Of a stretch of DNA of 64,000 nt, positions 18,991 through 28,504 are shown piece by piece. The position numbers were made by a program, and so were the translations under genes. The stretch's first letter is position 1; each line of letters opens with the position of its first letter. The notes beneath the pieces were generated by a model that saw nothing but the letters and a program-made list of their open reading frames with translations, was not told the DNA's origin and made no database searches. Source of the DNA: an uncultured Chloroflexia bacterium (GTDB lineage: Bacteria > Chloroflexota > Dormibacteria > Aeolococcales > Aeolococcaceae); contig CAWDLK010000002.1 of NCBI GenBank assembly GCA_963803165.1, forward strand, positions 136,569 through 200,568. The letters are read 5' to 3'.

Positions 18991-20028
18991 GTGACGACGG
19001 AGCGCGAGCGAGCCCTCTCCACGGCCCTGAGCCAGATCGAGCGGAGTCACGGCAAGGGCGCGATCATGCGCCTCGGCGACGCCCAGACCCAGCGCGTCGA
19101 GATCATCCCGACCGGTGCCCTCACCCTCGACATCGCCCTCGGCGTCGGCGGCATCCCCCGCGGCCGGGTGGTCGAGGTCTTCGGCCCGGAGAGCTCGGGC
19201 AAGACCACGCTCACCCTCCACGTCATCGCCGAGGCCCAGCGCCGGGGAGGCGTGGCCGCCTTCATCGACGCGGAGCACGCCCTCGACCCCCAGTACGCCA
19301 GCCGGATCGGGGTGCGCACCGAGGAGCTGCTGGTCTCCCAGCCGGACACCGGCGAGCAGGCGCTGGAGATCGTCGAGGTGCTGGTACGCAGCGGTGCCGT
19401 CGACGTCGTGGTCATCGACTCGGTCGCGGCCCTGGTGCCCAAGGCCGAGATCGACGGCGAGATGGGGGACAACCACGTCGGTCTCCAGGCCCGCCTCATG
19501 TCCCAGGCGATGCGCAAGCTGACCGCCGCCATCAGCCGGTCCAACACCTCGGTCATCTTCATCAACCAGCTCCGCGAGAAGATCGGGGTCATGTTCGGCA
19601 ACCCCGAGGTCACCAGCGGTGGACGCGCCCTCAAGTTCTACGCGTCGGTGCGGCTGGACATCCGCAAGATCGACACCATCAAGGTGGGGCTCGACGCGGT
19701 GGGCAGCCGAGTCCGAGTCAAGGTTGTCAAGAACAAGGTGGCCCCGCCGTTCCGCAACGCCGAGTTCGACATCCTCTACAACGAGGGCATCTCCTACGCC
19801 GGCAGCGTCCTCGACATGGCCGCCGACGCCCGGATCATCGAGAAGAGCGGGGCGTGGTTCTCCTACGGCGATCTGCGCCTCGGCCAGGGCCGCGAGAACG
19901 TGCGCGATTTCCTCAAGCAGAACCCGGAGCTGCTCGAGGAGATCGCCAACCGGGTCCGGGGTCACGCCCTGCCCCAGGCCCCGCCGGAGGAGGCCGGCGA
20001 GGTCCCGCCGGCAGTTCCGGTCGGCTGA
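18991..20028 (+). CDS. recA: recombinase RecA
   Basis: [22 protein letters not shown], Walker [10 protein letters not shown] and the L1/L2 loops are present. The start was chosen as GTG 18991, which is preceded by AAGGAGG at 8 nt. The upstream ATG at 18943 and the GTG at 18904 are alternatives. Confidence 0.9.
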   Translation: MTTERERALSTALSQIERSHGKGAIMRLGDAQTQRVEIIPTGALTLDIALGVGGIPRGRVVEVFGPESSGKTTLTLHVIAEAQRRGGVAAFIDAEHALDPQYASRIGVRTEELLVSQPDTGEQALEIVEVLVRSGAVDVVVIDSVAALVPKAEIDGEMGDNHVGLQARLMSQAMRKLTAAISRSNTSVIFINQLREKIGVMFGNPEVTSGGRALKFYASVRLDIRKIDTIKVGLDAVGSRVRVKVVKNKVAPPFRNAEFDILYNEGISYAGSVLDMAADARIIEKSGAWFSYGDLRLGQGRENVRDFLKQNPELLEEIANRVRGHALPQAPPEEAGEVPPAVPVG

Positions 20029-20051
20029 CCCGGCCCCGGCGGGCGACGCCG

Positions 20052-20597
20052 ATGCCCTTTCCCCCCTCCGGCGGCCGGCGCGGACTGCGCGCCGAGCCGG
20101 CTCCCACCGTCGACCCCCAGGACGCCGACGCCGCGGCGGCGCTGGCCCAGCGCCTGCTCGCGATCACCGACCGTTCCCGGGCCGATCTGGAGCGGCGTCT
20201 GGGGCAGCGCGGCTACGCGCCGGAGACCGCCGCGGAGGCGGTGGGGCGCCTCCAGGCCCGCGGCTGGGTCGACGACGGCCGCTTCGCCGAGGAGCTGGCG
20301 CGGCGGCGGCTCGCCCACGGGTACGGGCGCCGGCGGGTGCTCGCCGACCTGGCGGCGCGCGGGGTCGACGCCGAGACGGTCGCCCGCACCGACCAGGGCA
20401 TCGCCACCGGGCAGGCCGAGGCCGTCCGCCTCGCCGCCGGCCGCCTCCGCCGCGGTCACGACGGGCCCCCGGAGCCCCCGGAGGTGCGCCGTCTCGCGGC
20501 GGCGCTGGAGCGGCGCGGTTTCGACATGGCCGACATCCGCGCCGTGCTCCGCGAGCTGGCGACCGGCGTGACGCCGCCTCCCGACGACGCGGGCTGA
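20052..20597 (+). CDS. recX: recombination regulator RecX
   Basis: It overlaps the recA 3' region in another frame. The three-helix-repeat RecX pattern is present (ERRLGQRGYAPETAAEAVGRLQARGWVDDGRFAEELARRRL...). Confidence 0.75.
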   Translation: MPFPPSGGRRGLRAEPAPTVDPQDADAAAALAQRLLAITDRSRADLERRLGQRGYAPETAAEAVGRLQARGWVDDGRFAEELARRRLAHGYGRRRVLADLAARGVDAETVARTDQGIATGQAEAVRLAAGRLRRGHDGPPEPPEVRRLAAALERRGFDMADIRAVLRELATGVTPPPDDAG

Positions 20598-20609
20598 TCC
20601 GACGGGGGG

Positions 20610-22019
20610 TCAGCCGGTGGGCTTGGAGCCGGCCCGGCGCTCACTCCGGACCAGGGGGCCGAGCAGGAGGTAGGTGGCCACGGTGAGGATCAGGCCAAAG
20701 ACCACCAGGCCGTCGAAGGAGGCGAGGCTGACCGCGACCCCACCCAGGGCGGCCCCGATCGCGCCCCCCGCGGCCAGGGTCACCGTGTAGAAGGACATCA
20801 GCGCCGATCGGTCCGCGGTGTGGGTCTCCGACGAGTTGGCGAGGTACGCGACGGCGGCGGGCCCGAAGCCCGCCAGCCAGAGGATCCCGAGTGCCGCCAC
20901 CGGCAGCAGTGCCAGCAGGGCGAGATGGGGGAGGTGGTTGGCGAGGAGCAGCGCCACCGAGAAGAGCCAGGCGCCCGGCACCGCCCGCCGCATCTGCCGC
21001 AGCGGCCCCAGCCGGAGGATCCACGGGGTCCAGAGGGCGATGCCGGCGACCAGCAGCACGATGCCGCTGACCAGGATCAGCGAGACCAGCCGCGCGTCGA
21101 AATGGTGCACCAGTCTCTGCCCGGTGACCGGAGCGTGGTGGAGGAGGGCGGGCAGGTTGGATCCGTACGCGCCGATGAGGGCGAAGGTGCCGAGCCATGC
21201 GGGCAGGAACCTGCGGATGGGCCCCGGCCCGGCGATGTCCCGGAGGAGCGTCGAAAGCCGGGTCACCGGCAGCGGCGGCACGTGGGCAACGAAGCGCAGG
21301 CAGACCAGCCCCGCCGCCAGGTAGACGGCGGCCAGGACCAGGAAGCCGCCCCGTCCGAGGTAGTGGTACGCGAAGGGACCGACGATGAATCCGCCGGCGT
21401 ACCCGGCGAGGGTGGCCGCCTCGAAGGCGCCGCTGGCCCGCGCCCGGCTCCTCGCGCTCTGCGAGGTGGCCGCGGCGATCGCCCCGAGCGCCGTGGGAAC
21501 GAACGCGGCGGCCGCCACCCCCTCGAGGAGCCGGGATCCGAAGATCTGCGGCGGATGCGCCGACGCCGCGACCAGGAGCACCCCGAGCGCGCCCACGAGC
21601 GGGCCCGCCACCACGAAGATCTTGCGTCCCAGCCGGTCCGCGAAGCGCGCCATGAAGGGGGCGCAGACCATCTCGGTGAGGGCCTGGCCGGCGCCGATCA
21701 GCCCGATGGTGGTGCCGTGGGGGTGCCCGTGGGCCAGGTCGGCCAGGTAGAACTGCACCGCCACGGTGACCCCGGAGGCGGCCACCCGGATCAGGGCGGT
21801 GCCGGTGAGGAGCGCGGCGATGGACACGTGCCGGGTCTCGCGCAGCCCGTGCTCCAGCCCGGCGACGACCTCCGGCGCGGCCGCCTCGTCCGGGCGAGGG
21901 GCGGCGGAAGCGCCGCCGGCGGGCTCGCCCACCGGCTGCCCGGGGGGGCGGGTCGCGCCGCCGCTCAGGACCATCCGGCCATTCTGGCGGCAGCGAGGCC
22001 GATCGATGCGGATGGGCAC
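20610..22019 (-). CDS. MFS transporter
   Basis: The protein has 12 TM helices and an MFS motif after TM2 (FMARFADRLGRK). An alternative start is M16 (21974). Confidence 0.7.
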   Translation of the reverse strand: MPIRIDRPRCRQNGRMVLSGGATRPPGQPVGEPAGGASAAPRPDEAAAPEVVAGLEHGLRETRHVSIAALLTGTALIRVAASGVTVAVQFYLADLAHGHPHGTTIGLIGAGQALTEMVCAPFMARFADRLGRKIFVVAGPLVGALGVLLVAASAHPPQIFGSRLLEGVAAAAFVPTALGAIAAATSQSARSRARASGAFEAATLAGYAGGFIVGPFAYHYLGRGGFLVLAAVYLAAGLVCLRFVAHVPPLPVTRLSTLLRDIAGPGPIRRFLPAWLGTFALIGAYGSNLPALLHHAPVTGQRLVHHFDARLVSLILVSGIVLLVAGIALWTPWILRLGPLRQMRRAVPGAWLFSVALLLANHLPHLALLALLPVAALGILWLAGFGPAAVAYLANSSETHTADRSALMSFYTVTLAAGGAIGAALGGVAVSLASFDGLVVFGLILTVATYLLLGPLVRSERRAGSKPTG

Positions 22020-22169
22020 ACTGGTCCGGCACGCCCGCCTGGGCCCGGCCCCCCGGCCCCGACGGCACGGGGTCGGAGCTCCCGCTCCGGGCCCCGGGTC
22101 CGTACAATGCCGTCACATCCCCGGGGACCCCCGGCGGGTCGCCGCCGGTCCGGCCGTGAGCATGGGCGG

Positions 22170-23798
22170 ATGCCGCACCGCTCAGGGCCTCTGTCCCCAG
22201 GGTGGCGCAGCGAACGAGGTGGCGGGCCACCTCACCCCCCCCCAACAACTCCGAGGACACCCCCCATCGACATCCTGGCCTACGTTGCCCTTGGGCTGGG
22301 CGTGGTCATCGCCGTGTCCGGTCTCGTCTACGCGCGCCGATCCTCCGGCCGCGTCGCCGCCTCCCGCGAGGAGGAGATGGGGCGCCTCCGCGAGGAGCGC
22401 GGCGCCGCCGAGCAGGAGCGCGCCTCGATCGTGCTCGCCGCCCGCGAGGAGGCACACCGGCTGCGCTCCGAGGCGGAGGCCGAGGTCCGCGAGCGGCGCG
22501 CCGAGGTCGCCCGGATGGAGCAGCGCCTCGCCCAGCGCGAGGAGAGCCTGGAGAAGCGGAGCCGGGACGTCGAGCAGGGGGAGCAGCGCCTCGGCCGCCG
22601 CGAGGAGGAGCTGGAGCTCACGCGCCAGCGCACCGAGGACGAGCGCGCGGGGATCGCGCGCGAGCTGGAGCGGGTCGCCGGCCTGAGCCAGGAGCAGGCC
22701 CGCGCCGAGCTGCTGCGCGAGGTCGAGGGCGAGCTGGACCACGAGGTCGCCGAGCGCATCCGGGACGCCGAGCAGCGGGTGCGCGAGGAGGCCGGCGAGC
22801 GCAGCCGGGAGATCCTCATCACCACCATGCAGCGCCACGCGTCGGAGCAGACCGGGGAGGCCGCGGTGACCGTGCTCCATCTCCCGACCGACGACCTCAA
22901 GGGCCGGATCATCGGGCGTGAGGGCCGCAACATCCGCGCCCTCGAGGCCGCCACCGGCATCGACGTCATCGTCGACGAGACCCCCGAGTCGGTGGTGCTC
23001 TCCGGGTTCGACCCGGTGCGGCGCGAGGTGGCCAAGGTGGCCCTGGAGCGCCTCTTCACCGACGGTCGCATCCACCCCGCGCGGATCGAGGAGGTGGTCG
23101 CCAAGAGCCGTGCCGAGATCGCCGACCGTCTTCGCGAGGAGGGTGAGGCCGCCTGCCAGGAGGTGGGCATCACCGGCGTCCACCCCGAGCTGGTCAAGCT
23201 GCTCGGCACGCTCCGCTTCCGCAGCGCGTACGGCTCCAACGTCCTCGCCCACAGCAAGGACACCGCCGAGGTGGCGGGGCTGCTCGCCGCCGAGATCGGC
23301 TCTGACGTCCAGGAGGCTCGCGAGATGGGCCTCTTCCACGACATCGGTCACGCCGTCGAGCAGCACGTCGAGGGCTCCCACGCGATCATCGGGGGCGAGA
23401 TCCTCGCCCGCCTGGGCCGGCCCGCCGCGGTGGTCCACGCGGTGCGGTCTCACCACTACGACGAGGAGCCGCGCAGCATCGGCGCCTTTGTGCTGATGAC
23501 CGCCGACGCCATCACCGCCTCGCGGCGGGGGGCGCGCCGCGAGACCCTCGCCGCCTCCATCAAGCGGCTGGAGCGGCTGGAGCAGATCGCCAACGAGCTG
23601 CCCGGGGTGGAGCGCAGCTTCGCCATCCAGGCCGGCAAGGAGCTGCGGGTGATGGTCCGACCGGAGCAGGTCGACGACGACCGCGCCCAGATCATGGCCC
23701 GAGAGATCGCCAAGCGGCTGCACGCGGAGGCGAGCTACGCGGGCCGGATCAAGGTGGTGGTCCTCCGGGAGACGAGGAGCGTCGAATACGCCAAGTGA
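22170..23798 (+). CDS. rny: ribonuclease Y
   Basis: An N-terminal TM helix (IDILAYVALGLGVVIAV) is followed by a long coiled coil, a KH domain (GRIIGREGRNIRALEAATG) and an HD domain (HSKDTAEV...LFHDIGHAVE). The only in-frame ATG is at 22170, which gives an unusual 32-aa Pro-rich leader. The TM helix begins at 22266. Confidence 0.85.
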   Translation: MPHRSGPLSPGWRSERGGGPPHPPPTTPRTPPIDILAYVALGLGVVIAVSGLVYARRSSGRVAASREEEMGRLREERGAAEQERASIVLAAREEAHRLRSEAEAEVRERRAEVARMEQRLAQREESLEKRSRDVEQGEQRLGRREEELELTRQRTEDERAGIARELERVAGLSQEQARAELLREVEGELDHEVAERIRDAEQRVREEAGERSREILITTMQRHASEQTGEAAVTVLHLPTDDLKGRIIGREGRNIRALEAATGIDVIVDETPESVVLSGFDPVRREVAKVALERLFTDGRIHPARIEEVVAKSRAEIADRLREEGEAACQEVGITGVHPELVKLLGTLRFRSAYGSNVLAHSKDTAEVAGLLAAEIGSDVQEAREMGLFHDIGHAVEQHVEGSHAIIGGEILARLGRPAAVVHAVRSHHYDEEPRSIGAFVLMTADAITASRRGARRETLAASIKRLERLEQIANELPGVERSFAIQAGKELRVMVRPEQVDDDRAQIMAREIAKRLHAEASYAGRIKVVVLRETRSVEYAK

Positions 23799-23952
23799 CC
23801 GTGAGGACGCCGGGGTCCGGGTCCCACCTCACGTAACAATCGGGTCGCGAGGGCCGGTGGTCGGCCCCGGCCCAGCAGAATCCCGATTCACCGCTATGCT
23901 TTCGTCGTCGCAGGGAACCCAGCAACCGCCCCCAGAGGGCAGAGCACCAGTC

Positions 23953-24213
23953 GTGGAAATCCTCAAGGTCTCGGCCACAAGCAAGCCGGTCTCCGTGGCC
24001 GGTGCCATCGCGGGAGTGATCCGCAGCCAGCACCGGGTGGAGGTGCAGGCCATCGGGGCTGGCGCGATCAACCAGGCCATCAAGGCCATCGCCATCTCCC
24101 GGGGCTACGTCGCCCCGGGAGGGATCGACCTGGTCTGCATCCCCTCGTTCATCGACATCTCGATCGACGGCGAGGAGCGCACCGGCATCCGCCTCCTCAT
24201 CGAGTCCCGCTGA
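23953..24213 (+). CDS. spoVS: stage V sporulation protein S homologue
   Basis: From GTG 23953 it reads VEILKVSATSKPVSVAGAIAGVIR...AIGAGAINQAIKAIAISRGYVAPGGIDLVCIPSFIDISIDGEERTGIRLLIESR, 86 aa. This is near-identical in pattern to Bacillus SpoVS (MEILKVS...). Confidence 0.8.
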   Translation: MEILKVSATSKPVSVAGAIAGVIRSQHRVEVQAIGAGAINQAIKAIAISRGYVAPGGIDLVCIPSFIDISIDGEERTGIRLLIESR

Positions 24214-24518
24214 GGCTCAGTCCTCGCGATCGCCGCCCCGGTACAGGTGGTTCCACCAGCGCCGGAGCAGCTGCGCCTCCTCCTCGCGAGCCGCTCTGCC
24301 GCCGCGCCGGCCCAGCAGCCGGAGCGCCAGGACGCCGCAGAGGAGGAGGAGGATGACTGCGATCGCCACGATGTGCCCGACCACTGCGCCTGCCATTCTG
24401 GCAGCGCCCGGGCCGCGCCGTCGCCCCCCGTTCGTGGCACGGGGTACGCTGTGAACCTCCCATGCCCGCGCCCCTTCCCCTGCTCAGCCCCTCCGCCCGC
24501 GGCTTCCGGGCGCTGCCC

Positions 24519-25847
24519 ATGGCCCAGCGCCCCATCCCCCGGCAGCCGATAGTCCCCGTCCTGGGCCGGCCGCCGCGGGTCCATCTCTGGCACATCGGCT
24601 GCCAGATGAACGACGCCGACCACGAGACTCTCGCCGAGCGCTTCGCCGAGGTCGGTTTCGTGGCCGACGCCTCGCTCGACGACAGCGACCTCGCGGTCCT
24701 CATCACCTGCGCGGTCCGCCAGAACGCGGAGCAGAAGGTCTACGGGAAGTTCCGCGAGCTCACCGAGTGGAAGCGCGCACGTCCCGGCCGGGCCATCGCC
24801 ATGACCGGCTGCATGGCGGTGGAGCACGGGGACGCGCTCCTCCGCCGGCTGCCCGACCTCGACTACCTCTTCGACGTGCGGGACAGCGACGGCTTCTTCG
24901 CCCGGCTCCAGTCCGCCCACGCCCACGACCTCGACGGGCCGCTGCCGATGCCCGCCTCCGACCGCCTGCTCGCCTACGTCTCGGTGATGGGTGGATGCAA
25001 CGAGATGTGCACGTACTGCATCGTCCCCTTCGTCCGCGGCCGGGAGGTCAGCCGGCCGGTGGGGGAGATCGTGGAGGACGTCCACCGCCTGGTGGAGCGT
25101 GGCGTCCGCGAGGTCACCCTCCTCGGCCAGAACGTCAACTCCTACAGCGACCCCGGCAGCGGTGCCGGGCTGCCCGAGCTGCTCGCCGCCGTGGACCGTG
25201 TGCCCGGCCTGTGGCGGCTGCGCTTCCTCACCTCCCATCCGCGCAACGCCGTCCCCGAGCTGTTCCGGGCGATGCGCGATCTCCCCACCGTCTGCGAGCA
25301 GCTGCACCTCCCGGTGCAGGCGGGCGACGACGAGCTGCTCCGCCGGATGCGCCGGCTCTACACCGTCGACGAGTACCTGGCGAAGATCGAGGCGGCGCGG
25401 CGCACCGTCCCTGGCCTGGGGCTGACCACCGACATCATCGTGGGTTTCTCGGGCGAGACCGAGGCCGAGTTCCGCGGCACCGAGCGGCTCCTCGAGACCG
25501 TCGGCTTCGACGTCGTCCACCTCCAGGCCTACTCCGTCCGTCCCGGCACCGCGGCCGCCCGGCGGCCCGACGACGTGCCGGTGGAGGAGAAGAAGCGGCG
25601 GCTCCAGCACCTTCTCGAGCTGCAGCGCCGCATCGCGCTGGAGCGCAACCGCGACCTGGTCGGCCGGCGCGTCGAGGTGCTGGTGGAGGGCACGACCGAG
25701 GCGGGTCGGCCCTTCGGGCGCACCCGGCAGGGGAGGACCGCGCTCCTCGCCGTCGGAAGCGCCGCCGCCGGCACGCTCTGCGAGGCGCGGGTCCGCTCCG
25801 CCAGCGCCTGGCAGCTGAGCGCCGAGGTCGAGGCCGCGGCGGCCTGA
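24519..25847 (+). CDS. miaB: tRNA-i6A37 methylthiotransferase MiaB
   Basis: An MTTase N-terminal domain (HIGCQMN), a radical-SAM motif (GCNEMCTYCIVP) and a TRAM domain are present. The start was taken at M20 of ORF 24462. Confidence 0.85.
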   Translation: MAQRPIPRQPIVPVLGRPPRVHLWHIGCQMNDADHETLAERFAEVGFVADASLDDSDLAVLITCAVRQNAEQKVYGKFRELTEWKRARPGRAIAMTGCMAVEHGDALLRRLPDLDYLFDVRDSDGFFARLQSAHAHDLDGPLPMPASDRLLAYVSVMGGCNEMCTYCIVPFVRGREVSRPVGEIVEDVHRLVERGVREVTLLGQNVNSYSDPGSGAGLPELLAAVDRVPGLWRLRFLTSHPRNAVPELFRAMRDLPTVCEQLHLPVQAGDDELLRRMRRLYTVDEYLAKIEAARRTVPGLGLTTDIIVGFSGETEAEFRGTERLLETVGFDVVHLQAYSVRPGTAAARRPDDVPVEEKKRRLQHLLELQRRIALERNRDLVGRRVEVLVEGTTEAGRPFGRTRQGRTALLAVGSAAAGTLCEARVRSASAWQLSAEVEAAAA

Positions 25848-25856
25848 CGCGGGGGA

Positions 25857-28504
25857 GTGCGGGTGAGGGGTCGAGAGCGCGCGACGCCGCCTCATCTGCG
25901 CGGGGACCTGGCACCGCCGCCCGACCCCACCATCGACCTCGACGAGGCCGGCGACACCCCCATCCTCCGTGAGTACCGGGCGGTGAAGGCGGAGCACCCC
26001 GACTCGCTGGTGCTGGCCCGCCTCGGCGACTTCTACGAGCTCTTCGGCGGCGACGCCGAGGTCGCCGCGCCCCTGCTCGGGGTCACCCTCACCGGCCGCG
26101 GCTTCGGCGGCGCGGGCAGGCTGCCGATGTGCGGCGTGCCCCACCAGGCCGTCGCCCCTCACCTGCGCAGCCTGCTCGACGCCGGCCATCGGGTCGTCCT
26201 CTGGGACCAGGTCGGCGAGGTGGTGTCCGGACGGCTGGTCCGCCGCGAGGTGACCCGGGTGCTCACTCCCGGGACCGCAGTGGACGCGGACCTCCTGGAG
26301 CCGACCCGGGTGGCCCGGCTGGTCGCCCTGGTCGAGGCCGACCAGTCGGTGGGGGTGGCGGCGCTCGACCTCGCCGGGGGAGAGCTGCTGCTGACGGAGG
26401 TGCCGGGCGGGATCGGCTCGGTCGCGCTGCGCGACGAATTGGAGCGCATGGACGTGGCCGAGCTGCTGGTGATCGACGCGGCGCGCGTGCCCACCGCGCT
26501 CCTCACCGGGGTGATCCGCACCGCGCTGCCCGGTCCGCTGTTCGACGCGGGTCGGGCCGCCGAGCGGCTCGCCGCGGCGACGGGGACGTTCGGCCTGCTG
26601 GGGCTCGGCGTCGACGGCCTCCCGGCCGCGGTTCGCGCCGCCGGGGGCGTCCTCGCCTACTGCGAGCGCTCCCGGGTCACCCTCGAGCCCGGGGTGCTCC
26701 GGATCGTCCCCCGTGAGGCCGGGGAGCTGATGCGCCTCGACCCGCCGACCCGCCGCAACCTCGAGCTCCTGGCCCCCCTGGGCAGCGGCACGAGCCTGGC
26801 CCAGCTGCTCGACCGCACCCGCACCCCGATGGGGGGCCGCCTGCTCCGCCGCCGGATCCAGGAGCCGCTCATCGAGCCGGAGCCGATCAACGCCCGTCTC
26901 GAGGCGGTGGCGGCGCTGGTCGCCGATCGCGCGCGTCGGGAGGAGCTGCGCCGGTGCCTGGGGGCCGTGCGCGACCTGGAGAGGCTGGTCGGGCGCGCCG
27001 TCCAGGGTCTGGCGACCCCACGTGACCTCGGCGCCATCCGGAATGCGTGCGCCGCGCTCCCCGACGTCGCCCGGCTCCTCGCGGCACTGCCCGGCGAGCT
27101 GTCGGGCCTGGCGGAGACCGCGGTGCCCCCTGCCGCGGTGGGGGCCCACCTGGCCGGGCTGCTGGTCGACGATCCACCTCCGGCGGCGCGCGACGGGGGC
27201 TCCGTCCGCGAGGGCGCCGACCCCGAGCTGGACCGGCTCCATGCCTCGGCGGCGGAGGCCCGCGCGTTCATCGCCGGCCTCGAGGGGGCGGAGCGCGAAC
27301 GCACCGGGATTCGCTCCCTCAAGGTCGGATACAACCGCGTCTTCGGCTACTACCTGGAGATCCCCCACGCCCATCGGGACGCGGTGCCGGCCGACTACGT
27401 CCGCAAGCAGACCCTGGTCGGAGCCGAGCGCTTCATCACGCCGCTCCTCAAGGAGCAGGAGACGGTGGTGGTGAGTGCTCGCGAGCGCGCCACCGCGCGG
27501 GAGATGGAGCTGCTCGCGGAGGCGGCCCGGATGGTGACCTCCCACGCCCCGGCGCTGCTCGCCTGCGCCGCCGCCGTGGCCACCGCCGACGTCGGCCAGG
27601 CGCTCGCCGTCGTCGCCGACGAGGAGGGCTGGGTCCGCCCGGGGGTCGACCGCTCGACGGTCACCGACATCGAGGGCGGGCGCCATCCCCTGGTCGAGCG
27701 CAGCCTCGGCCGCGGCGAGTTCGTGGCCAACGACACGAGCCTCGACGTCGCCCATCGGATCGTGATCCTCACCGGGCCCAACATGGCCGGCAAGTCCACC
27801 TATCTCCGCCAGGTGGCGCTGATCACGCTGCTGGCCCAGGTCGGCAGCTTCGTCCCCGCCCAGCGGGCGCGGCTCGGGGTGTGCGACCGGATCTTCACCC
27901 GCGTGGGCGCCCAGGACGACCTCTCGGCGGGCCTCTCCACCTTCATGGTCGAGATGGCGGAGACCGCGGCCATCCTCCGCCAGGCGACGGCGCGCTCGCT
28001 GCTCGTGCTCGACGAGATCGGGCGCGGCACCTCGACCTACGATGGGCTCTCCATCGCCCAGGCGCTGGTCGAGCACCTGCACAACTCGCCCAGCTCAACT
28101 GCCGCACCCTCTTCGCAACCCACTACCACGAGCTCACCGCCCTCGCCGAGCGCCTGCCCCGGGTGGTCAACGCCCGGGTCGAGGTGGTGGAGGAGGGGGA
28201 CAGCGTCACCTTCCTCCACCGCATCCGGCCCGGCGGCGCCGACCGCTCCTACGGCATCCAGGTGGCGCGGCTGGCCGGTCTCCCCGCCAGCCTGCTGGCC
28301 CGGGCCCGCGAGGTCCTCGGCGAGCTCGAGCTGCACCGGCCGCTGGAGGTCGACGGGCCGGCCCCCGCTCAGCTCGACCTCGGCCTGCCCGCCTCGCCGC
28401 CCCACCCCGTGCTCGACGAGCTGGCCCTCCTCGACGTCGACGGGCTGACCCCCCGCGAGGCGCTCAGCAAGCTCGCCGAGCTCCAGCAGCGGGCGAGCCG
28501 GTGA
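25857..28504 (+). CDS. mutS: DNA mismatch repair protein MutS (apparent frameshift at about 28085-28095)
   Basis: Domains I-V run to ...TYDGLSIAQALVEHLHN in ORF 25857..28448, which then degenerates. The C-terminus (LNCRTLFATHYHELTAL...) is in the ORF 27047..28504 frame. One missing base in cgcccag restores MutS. Confidence 0.85.

Noticed and set aside
23802-23833. Hairpin GTGAGG-N20-CCTCAC after the rny stop as an intrinsic terminator
   Set aside because: The stem is only 6-7 bp with a 20-nt loop, and there is no U-tract. It may still be a weak stem-loop, but it is not a convincing rho-independent terminator.
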